Shown here: one piece after another, positions 20,392-33,354 of the stretch
Layout: the number at the start of each line of letters is the position of its first letter
Numbering within the stretch: the stretch's first letter is position 1
Notes under the pieces: generated by a model
The model's database searches: none
Seen by the model: the letters and a program-made list of their open reading frames with translations, nothing else
What the model was told of the DNA's origin: nothing
Assembly: GCF_001194135.2 (NCBI RefSeq)
Contig: NC_068987.1
Span: 70,092,528-70,126,290, forward strand
DNA length: 33,763 nucleotides
DNA from: Octopus bimaculoides
Taxonomy: Eukaryota
Direction of reading: 5' to 3'
Translations under genes and position numbers: made by a program

Positions 20392-22365
20392 GTTAGTGTT
20401 TCTGCAACTAGCAATTGTGCAGAGGTTCCTTGTGGAGTAATGTATTTTCACACATGTGATGTTTTGAAAGGTTGTTATGAACCGCATTCCCTGAAAAAAA
20501 TAATGTGTTTAACTTAAATTTGAGAGTGAATCGTTGAGAAATAAATCTCTCCATGGATAGGAAACCAGCCTGTCACAGATAACATATCCGGAAGATGTAT
20601 TTCTAAATAGCTACGTAAACTGAGGTTTTATATAATACATGCTTCTCATAAACGATTCAACAAACTCAAATCGATAGGCCAATAACTTTTGTATTTGGGG
20701 CTGTCTTCGCTGCTACACGTATATGTATGTACATATAAATATAAACACAAAGACCAGAATTCAGAGATGTTTGTTTGAAACAATACTGCAGCTAAAGGTC
20801 ATGTCAAAATTTGTAAATATGTTTACTAAACAGAGATATAACATCTCTTACCTTGTTAGACGCATTTAACCACCAAATCACTTGATGCGTTTACTCTCTC
20901 CGGCCTCTCTGTCTCTACATTAATGCATAATTGTAACCTATTAAATAGCAGGAAATGTTGCCGCTCTTGACAAGGAAGTTACAACGAAAATTAGAGAGTA
21001 ATTTTTCGTGGCAAATGTCTTCAAGGAACAAAGTTCGTCTTATAAACAGCGATACAAAACGTAGTTGTGTAATGGCATCAGTTCAATTCATTGTAAGTTT
21101 GATGTTTTTCTCCAACTTCTCTTATGGAACTCTAGTTTTATGGTACATATTAAATAGTCTTTAAATGGAGTGTCTACCAAACAAATTCTGTATTCTAATG
21201 ATAACCTTCAAGTATCATTATCACTAGGTGTTATTTAGTGCAATGTTACTTATTTTCGAAGACAGTGGAATCATTTGGATTATGTCTAGGCTTGGAAACA
21301 AATAAATAACTCATCAAGAACCTGGAACTTTACATACTTTCGATTAATAAACCAAACTAAATGCAACCGTTCTGTTCATTACTTAATATTGGTGGTAAGT
21401 ATATTCGTAAAGCCCTTTGAATAATGTCACATGCTACATGTAAACAGCAACAAGCGAATTTGCTTCGCTATAATGAGACCACTAAATTTGGCTGAAAATC
21501 TCGAAGGATGCAACCATTCGACACTAAGCAATTTATTTTTTATTCTGCTTAAGGTATCCATAAAGAATTTGTTTACTTCTGTATGCCATACAATTTAACG
21601 TTATGAAATAGAATCTATTTTGTCAAATGGAGGCTAATATAGCTAATGTAGAAGGGCAAGAAAGGAATAAGAATCAATATAAATTATACTTGTAATAAAA
21701 AGAATAGTGAAGGAGAGAACTCTGAGATTTGTCCGAGGCTTCATTGTAGTTGCCAAAGATCAGACATATTCCCTGCTTCTCTTCAATTAATCTTTAACCA
21801 ATTTGAATTTCGGAGAGCTCTACTTTCCTATTTCGTCACGATTTGTCTTTGATGTAACTGTGTTTTGCTAGCAATTCAAATATTCATTTTGGATCAGAAT
21901 ATTAAGCTTGTTATCTCACACTTAACTATATGTTCTTCACGAGATAAGCATCCGTAGGAAAATTTCCAAAATTTAATTAGCCTTTTGTAGGTACTTTTCC
22001 TCATTGTGGAAATATTTTGGAAATATTGCGTAAATTAGAGTGGCTTCTCTTTTGTTCACATTAAAATAGCTACACTTAGCACTTTGAAATGCGCATTCAC
22101 AGCTTGCAGTCTAGATTACAATCTACAACTGGCTTGTCATCTCAGATCTCCGATACCACAAATCAACTAATAGACGCCAAACACCATTACTTCATCTCGT
22201 ACGTTACTTTCACATTTCTTTGCAAATGTACTTTTATAACTTAACTGTATTCTATTCCTTGTATTTTTTTTTTTTTAACAATTAGTTTGGAATTGTTTAC
22301 AGCATCTGCTATTTGTCAAGGAATACACACGGGCGTCGAAAATTTAGCAAAGCCATGTATGTATA

Positions 22366-22502
22366 TGTGGTTATGAAGTTTGATTCGCAACCACAAGGTT
22401 CCGGGCTCGAATCAGTTTCAGGGGAAATGTTATCTACCATAGGTTCAGTTGAAAAATACTTTGTTAGTATAATTTTTTTAAAGGAAACTGTGTGGAAACA
22501 CG
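22366..22502 (+). mobile_element. Decayed SINE (family of 3258) ending in (GT)n
   Basis: TGTGGTTATGAAGTTTGATTCGCAACCACAAGGTTCCGGG head and GGAAACTG 3' part, followed by (GT)n. Confidence 0.6.
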
Positions 22503-22571
22503 GATGTGTGTGTGTGTGAGTGTGTGTGTGTCAATGAGTGTGTGCGTGTGTGTGTGTGTGTGCGTGTGTAT

Positions 22572-22612
<41 letters not shown>
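22503..22612. repeat. (GT)n microsatellite
   Basis: Directly visible. Confidence 0.95.
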
Positions 22613-22613
<1 letters not shown>

Positions 22614-22848
22614 TCGTGCACATTTGTGTGTTATGTATAGAATGCCTGCATTCATCTTACAGCAACTGATCGGAAAAAAATTATCATCGACGAAGCATTT
22701 ACCTTTTTTTAAATTATTTTTAGTATTCATGGTATCGAGAACCTATGGCAGATGTCACTACTCACATTGGGGTTTTATCACTGTCTAATATTCTACTGTT
22801 ATATTTCGTATCATAACTGACATTAATAGCAATATTACAGGAGTTAAA

Positions 22849-23066
22849 GGTGGCGAGCTGGTAGAGTGGTTAGTACCTTGGGCCGAATGCTTAACGGCAT
22901 TTAATCCATCTTTACTGTCTGAGTTCAAACTCGAGCGAGGTCATCATTTCGCTTTTCATCATTTCAAGGTTGATAAAATAAGCATCTATTGCACTCTTTA
23001 GGCGATGTAATCGAATAATCTCCTCCCTCGAGATTGCCAGCCTTCTGACAAGATTTGGACCTAACA
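22849..23066 (+). mobile_element. Decayed SINE (family of 1204)
   Basis: GGTGGCGAGCTGGTAGAG head, GAGTTCAAAC B-box, TTTTCATCATTTCAAGGTTGATAAAATAAG core. Confidence 0.8.
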
Positions 23067-23114
23067 TCATTACGGTAGAGTTCTTAATTTATTATTTTTT
23101 TTTTTACTGCTAAG

Positions 23115-23332
23115 ACAGCTTCCAGGTGGAATCATTAGCGCGTCAGACACAATGCTCAGCGGTATTTCTTCCGGTCCCATATGTACTGAGCTCAAGTCCG
23201 GCCTAGGTCAAGTTTGCGTTTCTTCCTTACGTGGTGGATTCGATAAATATCAATTGAGGACAGGAGTCGATGGAATAAACTAACCTGGCCCTTTAAAATT
23301 GTTGAAATTGTACAAAAATTTGAATCCAATAT
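23115..23332 (+). mobile_element. Decayed SINE (family of 1204), head-to-tail with the previous copy
   Basis: GAATCATTAGCGCGTCAGACACAATGCTCAGCGGTATTTC head and AAAATTTGAATCCAATAT end. Confidence 0.7.
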
Positions 23333-23734
23333 AATCTATTTTAATTCTGCTGTATAAGGAAAGCAAATCAATCGTTCTTTGACATTGGTAGTAAACATCA
23401 AGATTAAACTGATGAGGAGCTGCTCCAGCATATTCAACCATGTATAAATTTATTCAGATATAGTACATTTCACGCATAATCATTTATATGCAGTGTGCTT
23501 GGAAATGGAATGAAAGTGAAACATCTGTAACTGCCTACTAAACTTGTGCTGTACTGAAACTTCGCCCTCTCCTTGTCTTATAAGCGGCTCTAAAAAGTTC
23601 TCGCACATCAATTTTACCGGCGGTACGAACTTGGAATCCATTGTATTAGAAGAATTAGTTTGCCGGTCGAGTGTTACATGAAAATAACATCGGGTTTTAC
23701 CCAATGCAGACTCACACTACACACTCGCGTGCGC

Positions 23735-23739
23735 TCATG

Positions 23740-23773
<34 letters not shown>

Positions 23774-24140
23774 CGTATATACATATATTCATACGTGTAG
23801 CCATATATGTGTGTATATATATATATATATATACACAGAAATATTTATGAATATATATGTGTGTGTATGTATGTGCATATATGTGTATGTATATATGTAT
23901 ATATTTATACACACATATATATGCATATGTACACATATATAAATATATACCTATATACATGTATACACACTTACCAGCACATACATATCTGTGTCAACAG
24001 GAGAATGGTTGTGATTATCCACCTTTGTGTGTGGTATGTGTACGTGTGCATGTGTATATGTGTGCGTGTGTGCCCATGCATATGCGTATGGTGTGTATGT
24101 GTTTGTGAATGTGTGTCTATATGTTTGTGTAACGTGTATT
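23735..24140. repeat. Complex AT/GT/AC low-complexity microsatellite block
   Basis: Directly visible. Confidence 0.9.
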
Positions 24141-24644
24141 TTTGTGTCTCTGGAATTGTAAATATCAGCGAGAAAATACCAAAAACAAAAATAAAAATTA
24201 TGCATTACAAATTTCCTTGAGTTATTCGTTCAATACTGAGTTGCATGCAGTTACTTTTCATTCTGAAAGTCATAAATGTAATCGACCATTCACTGGCTCA
24301 CTGGAAGTCTGTAACGACTAGTATTATAGTTCAACATTCGCGATATATAACATACATCAACACATTACAATTCGTATTTGATTCTGGAAGTATATCATGT
24401 CGCACAAAATGGACAGCAGACATTTTTTACACATTTTTTCCTCATACTTCTGTGAAATTTTGTCATTTACTTGACTTTTCGAGATCGTGTATATCAATCA
24501 AAATCTGATCAAACTATTGATTTGAGGAGAATGAGAAATGTAAAGTAAGATTCATGCAAGTTGAAAAAAATTATGTAAGTAAACTATTACATTCAAGCGT
24601 GAAAGCGGTTGCCTACTTTGATGAAAACATGTCGAGTAAGTTTC

Positions 24645-24683
<39 letters not shown>

Positions 24684-24705
24684 TAAATACACATACGAAA
24701 TATAT

Positions 24706-25614
24706 NNNNNNNNNNNNNNNNNNNNNNNNNNNNNNNNNNNNNNNNNNNNNNNNNNNNNNNNNNNNNNNNNNNNNNNNNNNNNNNNNNNNNNNNNNNNNNN
24801 NNNNNNNNNNNNNNNNNNNNNNNNNNNNNNNNNNNNNNNNNNNNNNNNNNNNNNNNNNNNNNNNNNNNNNNNNNNNNNNNNNNNNNNNNNNNNNNNNNNN
24901 NNNNNNNNNNNNNNNNNNNNNNNNNNNNNNNNNNNNNNNNNNNNNNNNNNNNNNNNNNNNNNNNNNNNNNNNNNNNNNNNNNNNNNNNNNNNNNNNNNNN
25001 NNNNNNNNNNNNNNNNNNNNNNNNNNNNNNNNNNNNNNNNNNNNNNNNNNNNNNNNNNNNNNNNNNNNNNNNNNNNNNNNNNNNNNNNNNNNNNNNNNNN
25101 NNNNNNNNNNNNNNNNNNNNNNNNNNNNNNNNNNNNNNNNNNNNNNNNNNNNNNNNNNNNNNNNNNNNNNNNNNNNNNNNNNNNNNNNNNNNNNNNNNNN
25201 NNNNNNNNNNNNNNNNNNNNNNNNNNNNNNNNNNNNNNNNNNNNNNNNNNNNNNNNNNNNNNNNNNNNNNNNNNNNNNNNNNNNNNNNNNNNNNNNNNNN
25301 NNNNNNNNNNNNNNNNNNNNNNNNNNNNNNNNNNNNNNNNNNNNNNNNNNNNNNNNNNNNNNNNNNNNNNNNNNNNNNNNNNNNNNNNNNNNNNNNNNNN
25401 NNNNNNNNNNNNNNNNNNNNNNNNNNNNNNNNNNNNNNNNNNNNNNNNNNNNNNNNNNNNNNNNNNNNNNNNNNNNNNNNNNNNNNNNNNNNNNNNNNNN
25501 NNNNNNNNNNNNNNNNNNNNNNNNNNNNNNNNNNNNNNNNNNNNNNNNNNNNNNNNNNNNNNNNNNNNNNNNNNNNNNNNNNNNNNNNNNNNNNNNNNNN
25601 NNNNNNNNNNNNNN
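24706..25614. other. Assembly gap
   Basis: N run. Confidence 1.
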
Positions 25615-25638
25615 TATATATATATATATACACTAAAA

Positions 25639-25678
<40 letters not shown>

Positions 25679-25890
25679 TCACATCTATTACACACAGCGA
25701 TGCATGTGATGGTGTTTCTGAATTTTATGAGATCAGCGTTTGACGCACACATGCACACACATACACACATACACACACACAGATATGTGTATATATTTAC
25801 ATATATATCTTTAAATATATATGTGTGTCTGTGTGCAGTGTGTGTGTATGTGTGTGTGTGTGTGTGTGTGTGAGTATGTGTGTATGTGTG
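25615..25890. repeat. (AT)/(CA)/(GT) microsatellite cluster
   Basis: Directly visible. Confidence 0.85.
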
Positions 25891-27380
25891 TCTCCCGTTG
25901 TGTGTAAATGCATTTTAAATGTTTGTAACGAAGGAAGGTGTTGGTGTTCTGTATTACATTTCTATGAAGAAAAGAATGTATTAAATTGAAAGAAAATCTT
26001 TTGATTAATGCGATCTTCGCTGAATCGAATACTTTAATTGGTGTTAAAACATTATAAAAAGAAGACGACATCATAGTAATGAAGAAACAATAGAAAACAG
26101 ATTAAGCACGTGACTTAGATAGATGTGATTAAGAGTATCTTTAGAACAATTGGTTATTGATTGCATGTTTTTATTGATTTTTCTAACAATAAATATTTCC
26201 GCAGCACGTTGTAATTATGCAAAATTTAGAGATAATTTTATATTTGTTGGTTGATATTTATTTCTATTTACGTTTTTTTTTTAAATTTTCAAAGAATATT
26301 ATTTTGCATACTTTCTTTTGAAAATTCGCAAATAGAAGAGGATATTTATATAAGAAAATGGTTTAGAGATAAAACGGAATATAACATCAACAAATATAAA
26401 GAACTAAGTCAGAGATCCTGGAGAAAAACTGTGGACATAATTTTCATGATATTGAAGCTTCAGTTTTATATCCTCCAAAGACTTCCATGCTTCATATCTA
26501 TGTGTGATATTTAGATGGGCGGAGATATGTTCTATTACATACGTAAATGAGGTATAATCTAAAAATACGAAGCTTATGGAAACATAATAACATATACCAG
26601 GGCAGGAGTGCACAGGCCTGATAGAATAACATATATGTGACATAATCATGCGTAATATGATATATGTAACTACACTATAACAGAATCAATCACAATATGA
26701 GAGAATCGCACATTCTTTGTCGTAATTACCAGTACTGTGATAGATACTACTACAGAATTGTATGCATAATAATAGTAAGACACAAATACAAAACTCAATG
26801 AAAACATAATTGCTTATCAGTTGAGAGCAGGAAGTAACTATTTTGAGCACCATAAGCATATTTCGAGCCACTGAAGACTGAGACTTACTTCACTCTTGCA
26901 ATATTATTTGTTTTCACCATATTTCCATTAGTCCAATTCTTACTGTCTCATAAAAAGCAAAGAAATTAAAGAACTTAGCTCTATAAAAGTATTAACTAAA
27001 ACCAATCAAGGGAAATTCAGTTACAAACTAAAATGAGTAATTAGTGAATATTTCTCCAAATCATAAATCACACATTACATTACAGGATCCGGGAGTATTT
27101 CACGGAATTAATTGCAAACTTATTGAGTCACTTCTGAAAACTTTCTCCACAAGACCTGAAAGCGTAGTCTGTGTTGTGTCTGCATCAAAAGATAGTCACT
27201 CATCTACTAATCATTGAAAAGTGAAGGAAACTGGTATACGATGATTATTTAATGTACTTTATTTATACATATTATTTACTTTATGCACAATTTTATAGAC
27301 TTAATACACAGCACTCTGCTCCTTTCTCTCTAACTCTTTGTCTTACCCTCTTTTTCTCTTTTTCACTCTTCGCCGTTCCC

Positions 27381-27615
27381 TTCAACTAATCACGTGAAAT
27401 GTTACAGACGGGCTAAGTAACGGAGAAAAAGCTTAGCTCAAAGAAATTACACATTTCCCTCACTACTACTTCTTTCTCTCCCTCCCCTATCTCCCCTCCT
27501 TCTCCCACGTCTCCTTTCACCCTTCCGTTACCCCACTCCCACTCTCCCTTTTCCCTCCTCGCCCCATTCAACTAATCACATGGAAGCATTACAAATGAGC
27601 TAAGTAATGGAGAAA
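27381..27615. repeat. ~49-bp direct repeat pair separated by a pyrimidine-rich tract
   Basis: TTCAACTAATCAC...GCTAAGTAA(C/T)GGAGAAA at 27381-27428 and 27567-27615, about 80% identical by eye. Confidence 0.85.
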
Positions 27616-27759
27616 CAAGCAGAATAAGATAATATACTATGTAAAACATTTGAGAGCGTCCAATGACTGGAACACATCCAGAGAAGCTATTGTTAAAGTT
27701 TACATTGTTCGAACAGTATATGGACCTCTCAAAACCCCAGGATATCAGCCACCAAAGTA

Positions 27760-27860
27760 ATATTGATTTCAAATTTTGTCACAAGGCCAGCAATTTCGGT
27801 GGAGGCTAGAGGATAAATTGATGACAAGACCTTAGTGTTTATCTGGTGCTTATTTTAAAT
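27760..27860 (-). mobile_element. SINE 3' fragment (family of 1204)
   Basis: GATTTCAAATTTTGTCACAAGGCCAGCAATTTCGG is the reverse complement of the family's 3' end. Confidence 0.65.
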
Positions 27861-29849
27861 GCAGAAGTGTTGATATCTTCATTTATAGCCAATATTGTTA
27901 AAAAATGTTAAGAAAAGAATTTCCATGATAATGACATTGCACTTGTCCTTGAACTCACTGGAATTAGTTCCTTGACTTGATAGAGCAAGGAAAGGAAATA
28001 GGACTGTCTTCCTTCCTTTAAATTATTCTGCTATCATTAGATTTCCTCAAATTCTCCCAAAGAGCAAAAATGACTTGACTATCACACTTAACTTGTTGAG
28101 AGGATTTTTTTTTCCAGCTTCTACTTCAAATCCTCCTCCTCTGAGGCTGTAATGTGCCAAACAACTGTAGATTACTATCGTATTCAACAACGCTGACACT
28201 ACTGGCAAAATGACGGAACCTTTAACAAAGGCCTAAGAATGCTAAATATTATTGGTCTCCTAATCACCATCATACAGTAATTCTGTAATCACCTTATGTC
28301 TATGGCCCTCGAGAACTCTCAGACGTATTCAAGAGCGAAATCGTCAGACCTCCGTCCAATTTTTCTTGTTACTGATGGAAAATGTTTTCCAATTCCGAAT
28401 CCTACTGGATAGCTAAGGAGGAAATCATAAATATACTCATAGTTATACACTTCCACATCCCTAAAAATCCAATTCTACAACTCTGAATATCCCGTGCTGT
28501 TCAGGCGGCACAAATGTATGGCAGAAGTAATTTAATAATAGGGGGGATTAAACTATCCTTACATCTGATTTGAAAGAATTTACGCACAACTACAGGGTTT
28601 AAGTGCAAGACATCCAGCAAAGAATCGAAAGATATTTCATAAATTGTGCACTGTGAGAATTATCCTGTCCCCCAGTTTGAAGTTTGATACTTCTAGTTCT
28701 TGACTAAGTGATTTTACACTTCTAATCGAAGATGACCTTTTATATATTGCAAAAGCACGAGTAGCTACATTCGTAGATTCTTTCTTCCAATTTTACACTG
28801 CAAATTTAAACATACGTTCACACAAACAAAAGTATTTTGCGAATTTTTTTTCCACTCGGCAACTCTAATCCTACCTTTAGTAACTTCATACTTTAAACTA
28901 CAATTTCTTTATTTCAATAAGCTGCAAATTCAGGTGATGTTTACCCCAAAACACTATTCACTAGATAATTATTCTTGTTATCATTCTTTCATTCTATACA
29001 AGGACTCATTTAATATTCAAATTATTGTGTAACTCATACTTAAAAATAGAATTCTTTTTTCGCTGAGTCACTTCTCACATCAAGTTTTTCGTAGACGCCC
29101 AATTTCATTTCCTTATTCAGTAACTATGGATGGTATTTACTCATTTAACATCGATAGGTTATGCAAATCCACGTACCTCTGGCATCTGTTTTCGAGAATT
29201 TAGCAAATGTAATGTTGGATCACTTTAAACAGAAAAGCGCTTGACATCTATTACACCAATCACGGAAGTCATTTAATAACACTTATACAGGCTTTGTCAA
29301 TCTCTCCTTGTAGACTGAAAAGCTTACAGCACAATTGCCCGACTGTAGTGTATTGCGACATGGATTTTTATGTACACCAAGTTTTGTTTATGCCTCCAGC
29401 CTTAATGCAGCCACTTTTAACAACGCAGGCTAATATACAAGGAATACCACACTTTATGTCTTCTTATAAATTGTATCACTAGAAACCTTCGATTATACAG
29501 TTCTGTGCACATCGATCTCGAAAATAGCAGCCAAGAGAAATAAAGCAACATATTTACTATTAACAGCATCACAATAAAATCGAGACAAATGTCAAGCAAG
29601 AACTAGCCTAGCAGATTTTTTTAGGCGGGAACAATGCTGACTTAAATCCCCTGATGTCGCTCTTCCAGGCCGGAATATACGTTGGCTATGATCATTTGCT
29701 GGCCCTTTTCAAAATGAAATGCCATTACTGATTATACATTTTGAAAATTGTTGTAGCTAACCATCTAGATATCCTTGGTTGCACTGAAACATCATACGTT
29801 GGTTTTCATATCCACCTTCGACAATTCATCTCCCGCGATGTGTCTTAAT

Positions 29850-30200
29850 TCCAAGTTCTGTACCAAATAATTTACTCACTTATTTCTCCCGCAGAACTCC
29901 AGATATCTGGTATTACTTCGCCGGTCATATTTTTCATGAAGTCAATTATCTATAATTGTTCCAGCTGAACATTAACGAATCACAGTTACCAATCTGTGAC
30001 AGTCTCTGAATGGAATTTTTCTAACTCTCATCTTCTGATTAAGAAAGAAAAGTCAATGTCGTCAACATATATGCAGACGATAAATGATAATATATAAGTA
30101 CTATCTGCATTTATGAACTCCTCCGGCAGTACAAAATAAAATTATTACTGCAAATATAATCTGATGAATCTATTGCAAATACATCAACAAAACCGGCATG
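29850..30200 (+). mobile_element. Possible highly decayed LINE reverse-transcriptase remnant
   Basis: VNIYADD at 30061-30081; a weak 'SPVIF' segment upstream and 'LLQ.NL' downstream occupy the expected RT positions, interrupted by many stops. Confidence 0.3.
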
Positions 30201-30975
30201 CTGCAAAGCGAAATATATGCAGTAAAATTAAAAACTCTGAATATATCTCGATTAAAACATTCGTTGTACGCCATTAAACTATTTAATCCGATGGTGTTTT
30301 AAAAGTATAACACCTGTTATCTGTGTGATTAATATATACTTTGAAATACTAGCAAAAAGAAATTATTTTACGGGTCTCTTTTTAGATTGACGCCTCTACA
30401 AGTTGTTTCAATTCCTTTTCTGTCTGTAAGCAACTTTATGAATTTAAAATTTCATAACTCTTGATATGGTTTGTATGTATATATCTATGTGTGTATATAT
30501 GATTCCATATATGTATGTATGTATGTATGTTTTATGATAAAACATTCTATATGGTGTAAAATACACTTTGTTGAGAATATCTTACATTGTCAAATGATCA
30601 ATAAATTAAGCACCCGTTTGCAGTGGAATCAGTACGTTCCGCCAAAGGTGTAGAGATTCCTTAAGGTACTTTAATATTATTCCATAATAATTTGTTTCTC
30701 TTTTAGCAGTCCTACGTCACCAAACTGTTAAAACGTATACTGTTTCGATTCATTTCGAATTAGACGAACCAGCGTTCGAAGACAAATAATCATTTAGAAA
30801 GGAAAGAAAAGAAGCCAAATATTCTTATTTCACATTATCCAATGTTCCATCGGACACGAAAGATACACGAACAACACAAACCTATAATGCTCGATACAAT
30901 TATAGAAGGTGAAGAAAACCGTGTATAAATAAAATGAACAAAATTCACTTTTTTAATTTTTTTTTTTAATTTCAG

Positions 30976-31011
30976 GATGCTACTACTCTAATTGATGATT
31001 GGGAAAGATAA
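30976..31011 (+). CDS. Candidate terminal coding exon (DATTLIDDWER*)
   Basis: Very strong acceptor (long poly-T tract ending AATTTCAG) followed by an 11-codon frame to TAA. Reading frame is assumed. Confidence 0.25.
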   Translation, partial: DATTLIDDWER

Positions 31012-31089
31012 ATGTGTGTATTAGAAGGCAGCAAATATTTAACCACTCTTCTTTTCCCACTTCCGTTTCCTCATCACACACATCCACAC

Positions 31090-31097
31090 ACATACAC

Positions 31098-31163
<66 letters not shown>

Positions 31164-31304
31164 GTATATGCAACTGCGTGTTTACATACGATGTATGTAC
31201 ATACATATGTATACGTATATACCTAAATGTATGCATATATGTATGTTTATATATGTATATATATATATATACATAAATATTAATATATATAGATGATATA
31301 AAGG

Positions 31305-31345
<41 letters not shown>

Positions 31346-31823
31346 GATTAAGTTTGTGTGACTGTACACACACACGTGCACACACACACATATATACACA
31401 TGTATGTATGCATATGACTACATATAGATGTATGTATATATCTACGTTTATGTGTTTGTGACTGTTGGCTCGCACGCGCGAATGCGTGTGTATATTTTGT
31501 GTGTGTGCATCTGTATGTGTATATTTATGTATACAATATACATGCATATACTGTGACATAGAACGGCTACAATTCAGTGACTGAAACAAGTAAAACAAAA
31601 AAGATTACAAACATCCACACACTCACACACACACAAACACGAACACAAGCAAACAAACAAACACGCTCAGACGCACACATATGGAAGCAAACGCGCACAC
31701 TCAAACGCACACAGACAAATACATGCACACTCACACACGCACACGCAAACATGCACATAGTGAGAGAGCGTGAGAAAGATAAAGTACGACAGATTCAGAG
31801 AGAGAGTGAAAGAGAGAGAGAGA

Positions 31824-31862
<39 letters not shown>

Positions 31863-32090
31863 GTATGTATACACACACAAAACACAAACACGCACACATA
31901 TACATATACTGTGTTCAGTAGCCAACTCAATAACATTTACACTAATGTTCACACACACACACACGCTCAGGCACACACACACATACACACACACACACAC
32001 GTACACACACACACACATACACACACACACACATGCTCCCACATACATACACAGGCCAGTGCGCGTACACATTAACACACACATTATTAT
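31090..32090. repeat. Extended microsatellite cluster: (AT)n, (GT)n, (CA)n, (GA)n
   Basis: Directly visible. Confidence 0.9.
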
Positions 32091-32309
32091 ACTCGAATAC
32101 AACCTTCTATAATTAAACAACTGAATTTAAGAAACGCTAATACAACTTACTTTTACATGGGAATGTAACATTTATCTAAATTTCTATTTTATTCTATCTT
32201 ATTTTGCATTGCTTCTTTTCTTTGCCTTAATTTATATCTGTACATACACGTACGCGCACGCATATATTTACATATATACACACAGATATTTACACACATA
32301 TGTGCACGT

Positions 32310-32492
32310 GTCTCTCTCTCTATATATATATCTCTCTCTCTCTCACTCTCTGTCTCTCACTCTCTCTCTCACTCTCTCTCCCTCACTCTCTCTCTGTCTC
32401 TCTCTGTCTCTCACTCTCTGTCTCTCACTCTCTCTCTGTCTCTCACTCTCTCTCTCTATACATATATATATATATACAAATGTATATATATA
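32310..32492. repeat. (CT)n/(CTCA/CTGT) and (AT)n microsatellites
   Basis: Directly visible. Confidence 0.9.
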
Positions 32493-32926
32493 NNNNNNNN
32501 NNNNNNNNNNNNNNNNNNNNNNNNNNNNNNNNNNNNNNNNNNNNNNNNNNNNNNNNNNNNNNNNNNNNNNNNNNNNNNNNNNNNNNNNNNNNNNNNNNNN
32601 NNNNNNNNNNNNNNNNNNNNNNNNNNNNNNNNNNNNNNNNNNNNNNNNNNNNNNNNNNNNNNNNNNNNNNNNNNNNNNNNNNNNNNNNNNNNNNNNNNNN
32701 NNNNNNNNNNNNNNNNNNNNNNNNNNNNNNNNNNNNNNNNNNNNNNNNNNNNNNNNNNNNNNNNNNNNNNNNNNNNNNNNNNNNNNNNNNNNNNNNNNNN
32801 NNNNNNNNNNNNNNNNNNNNNNNNNNNNNNNNNNNNNNNNNNNNNNNNNNNNNNNNNNNNNNNNNNNNNNNNNNNNNNNNNNNNNNNNNNNNNNNNNNNN
32901 NNNNNNNNNNNNNNNNNNNNNNNNNN
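32493..32926. other. Assembly gap
   Basis: N run. Confidence 1.

Positions 32927-32982
<56 letters not shown>
32927..32982. repeat. (AT)n(AG)n compound microsatellite
   Basis: Directly visible. Confidence 0.95.
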
Positions 32983-33354
32983 TGGGGTGGGAGACGCAGA
33001 AAGAAAGAGAGATGTGCATACATACACAGACATGCATCCATACACAGATATATTTCATTCCTTTCTCACTTCACCCGATCCAATACAATACTTATTTCTC
33101 CTGCTGTTATTTCTTTTATATTTAATCAGACACACTCCTTTAATTTAGTCTTAGAAATTTCCCACAATGCATTCGTTGTTTTTATTTACTGCAACTGTAC
33201 TTATTTACATTACACTTTTCCCCCCGTTGGTTTGTTGTTCTACGTCTTACATATATACACACTTTCTCCTTTGGTTCATACGATAATATTCTTTTCCTTA
33301 ATTTTACTTGGTAATTCCTTTATTGAGTTACCAATCTCATCATTACGAGCGAAA

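Noticed and set aside
23409-23430. CTGATGA followed by a GGAG/CTCC stem
   Set aside because: No GAAA or cleavage triplet follows, so it is not a hammerhead.
23712-24220. Multiple Y/I/C/V/H-rich ORFs
   Set aside because: Dinucleotide-repeat translations. The same applies to 496-823, 13196-13465, 22464-22788 and 30999-32120.
26251-26514. 87-aa ORF
   Set aside because: AT-rich composition typical of a chance ORF; no motif and no convincing splice context.
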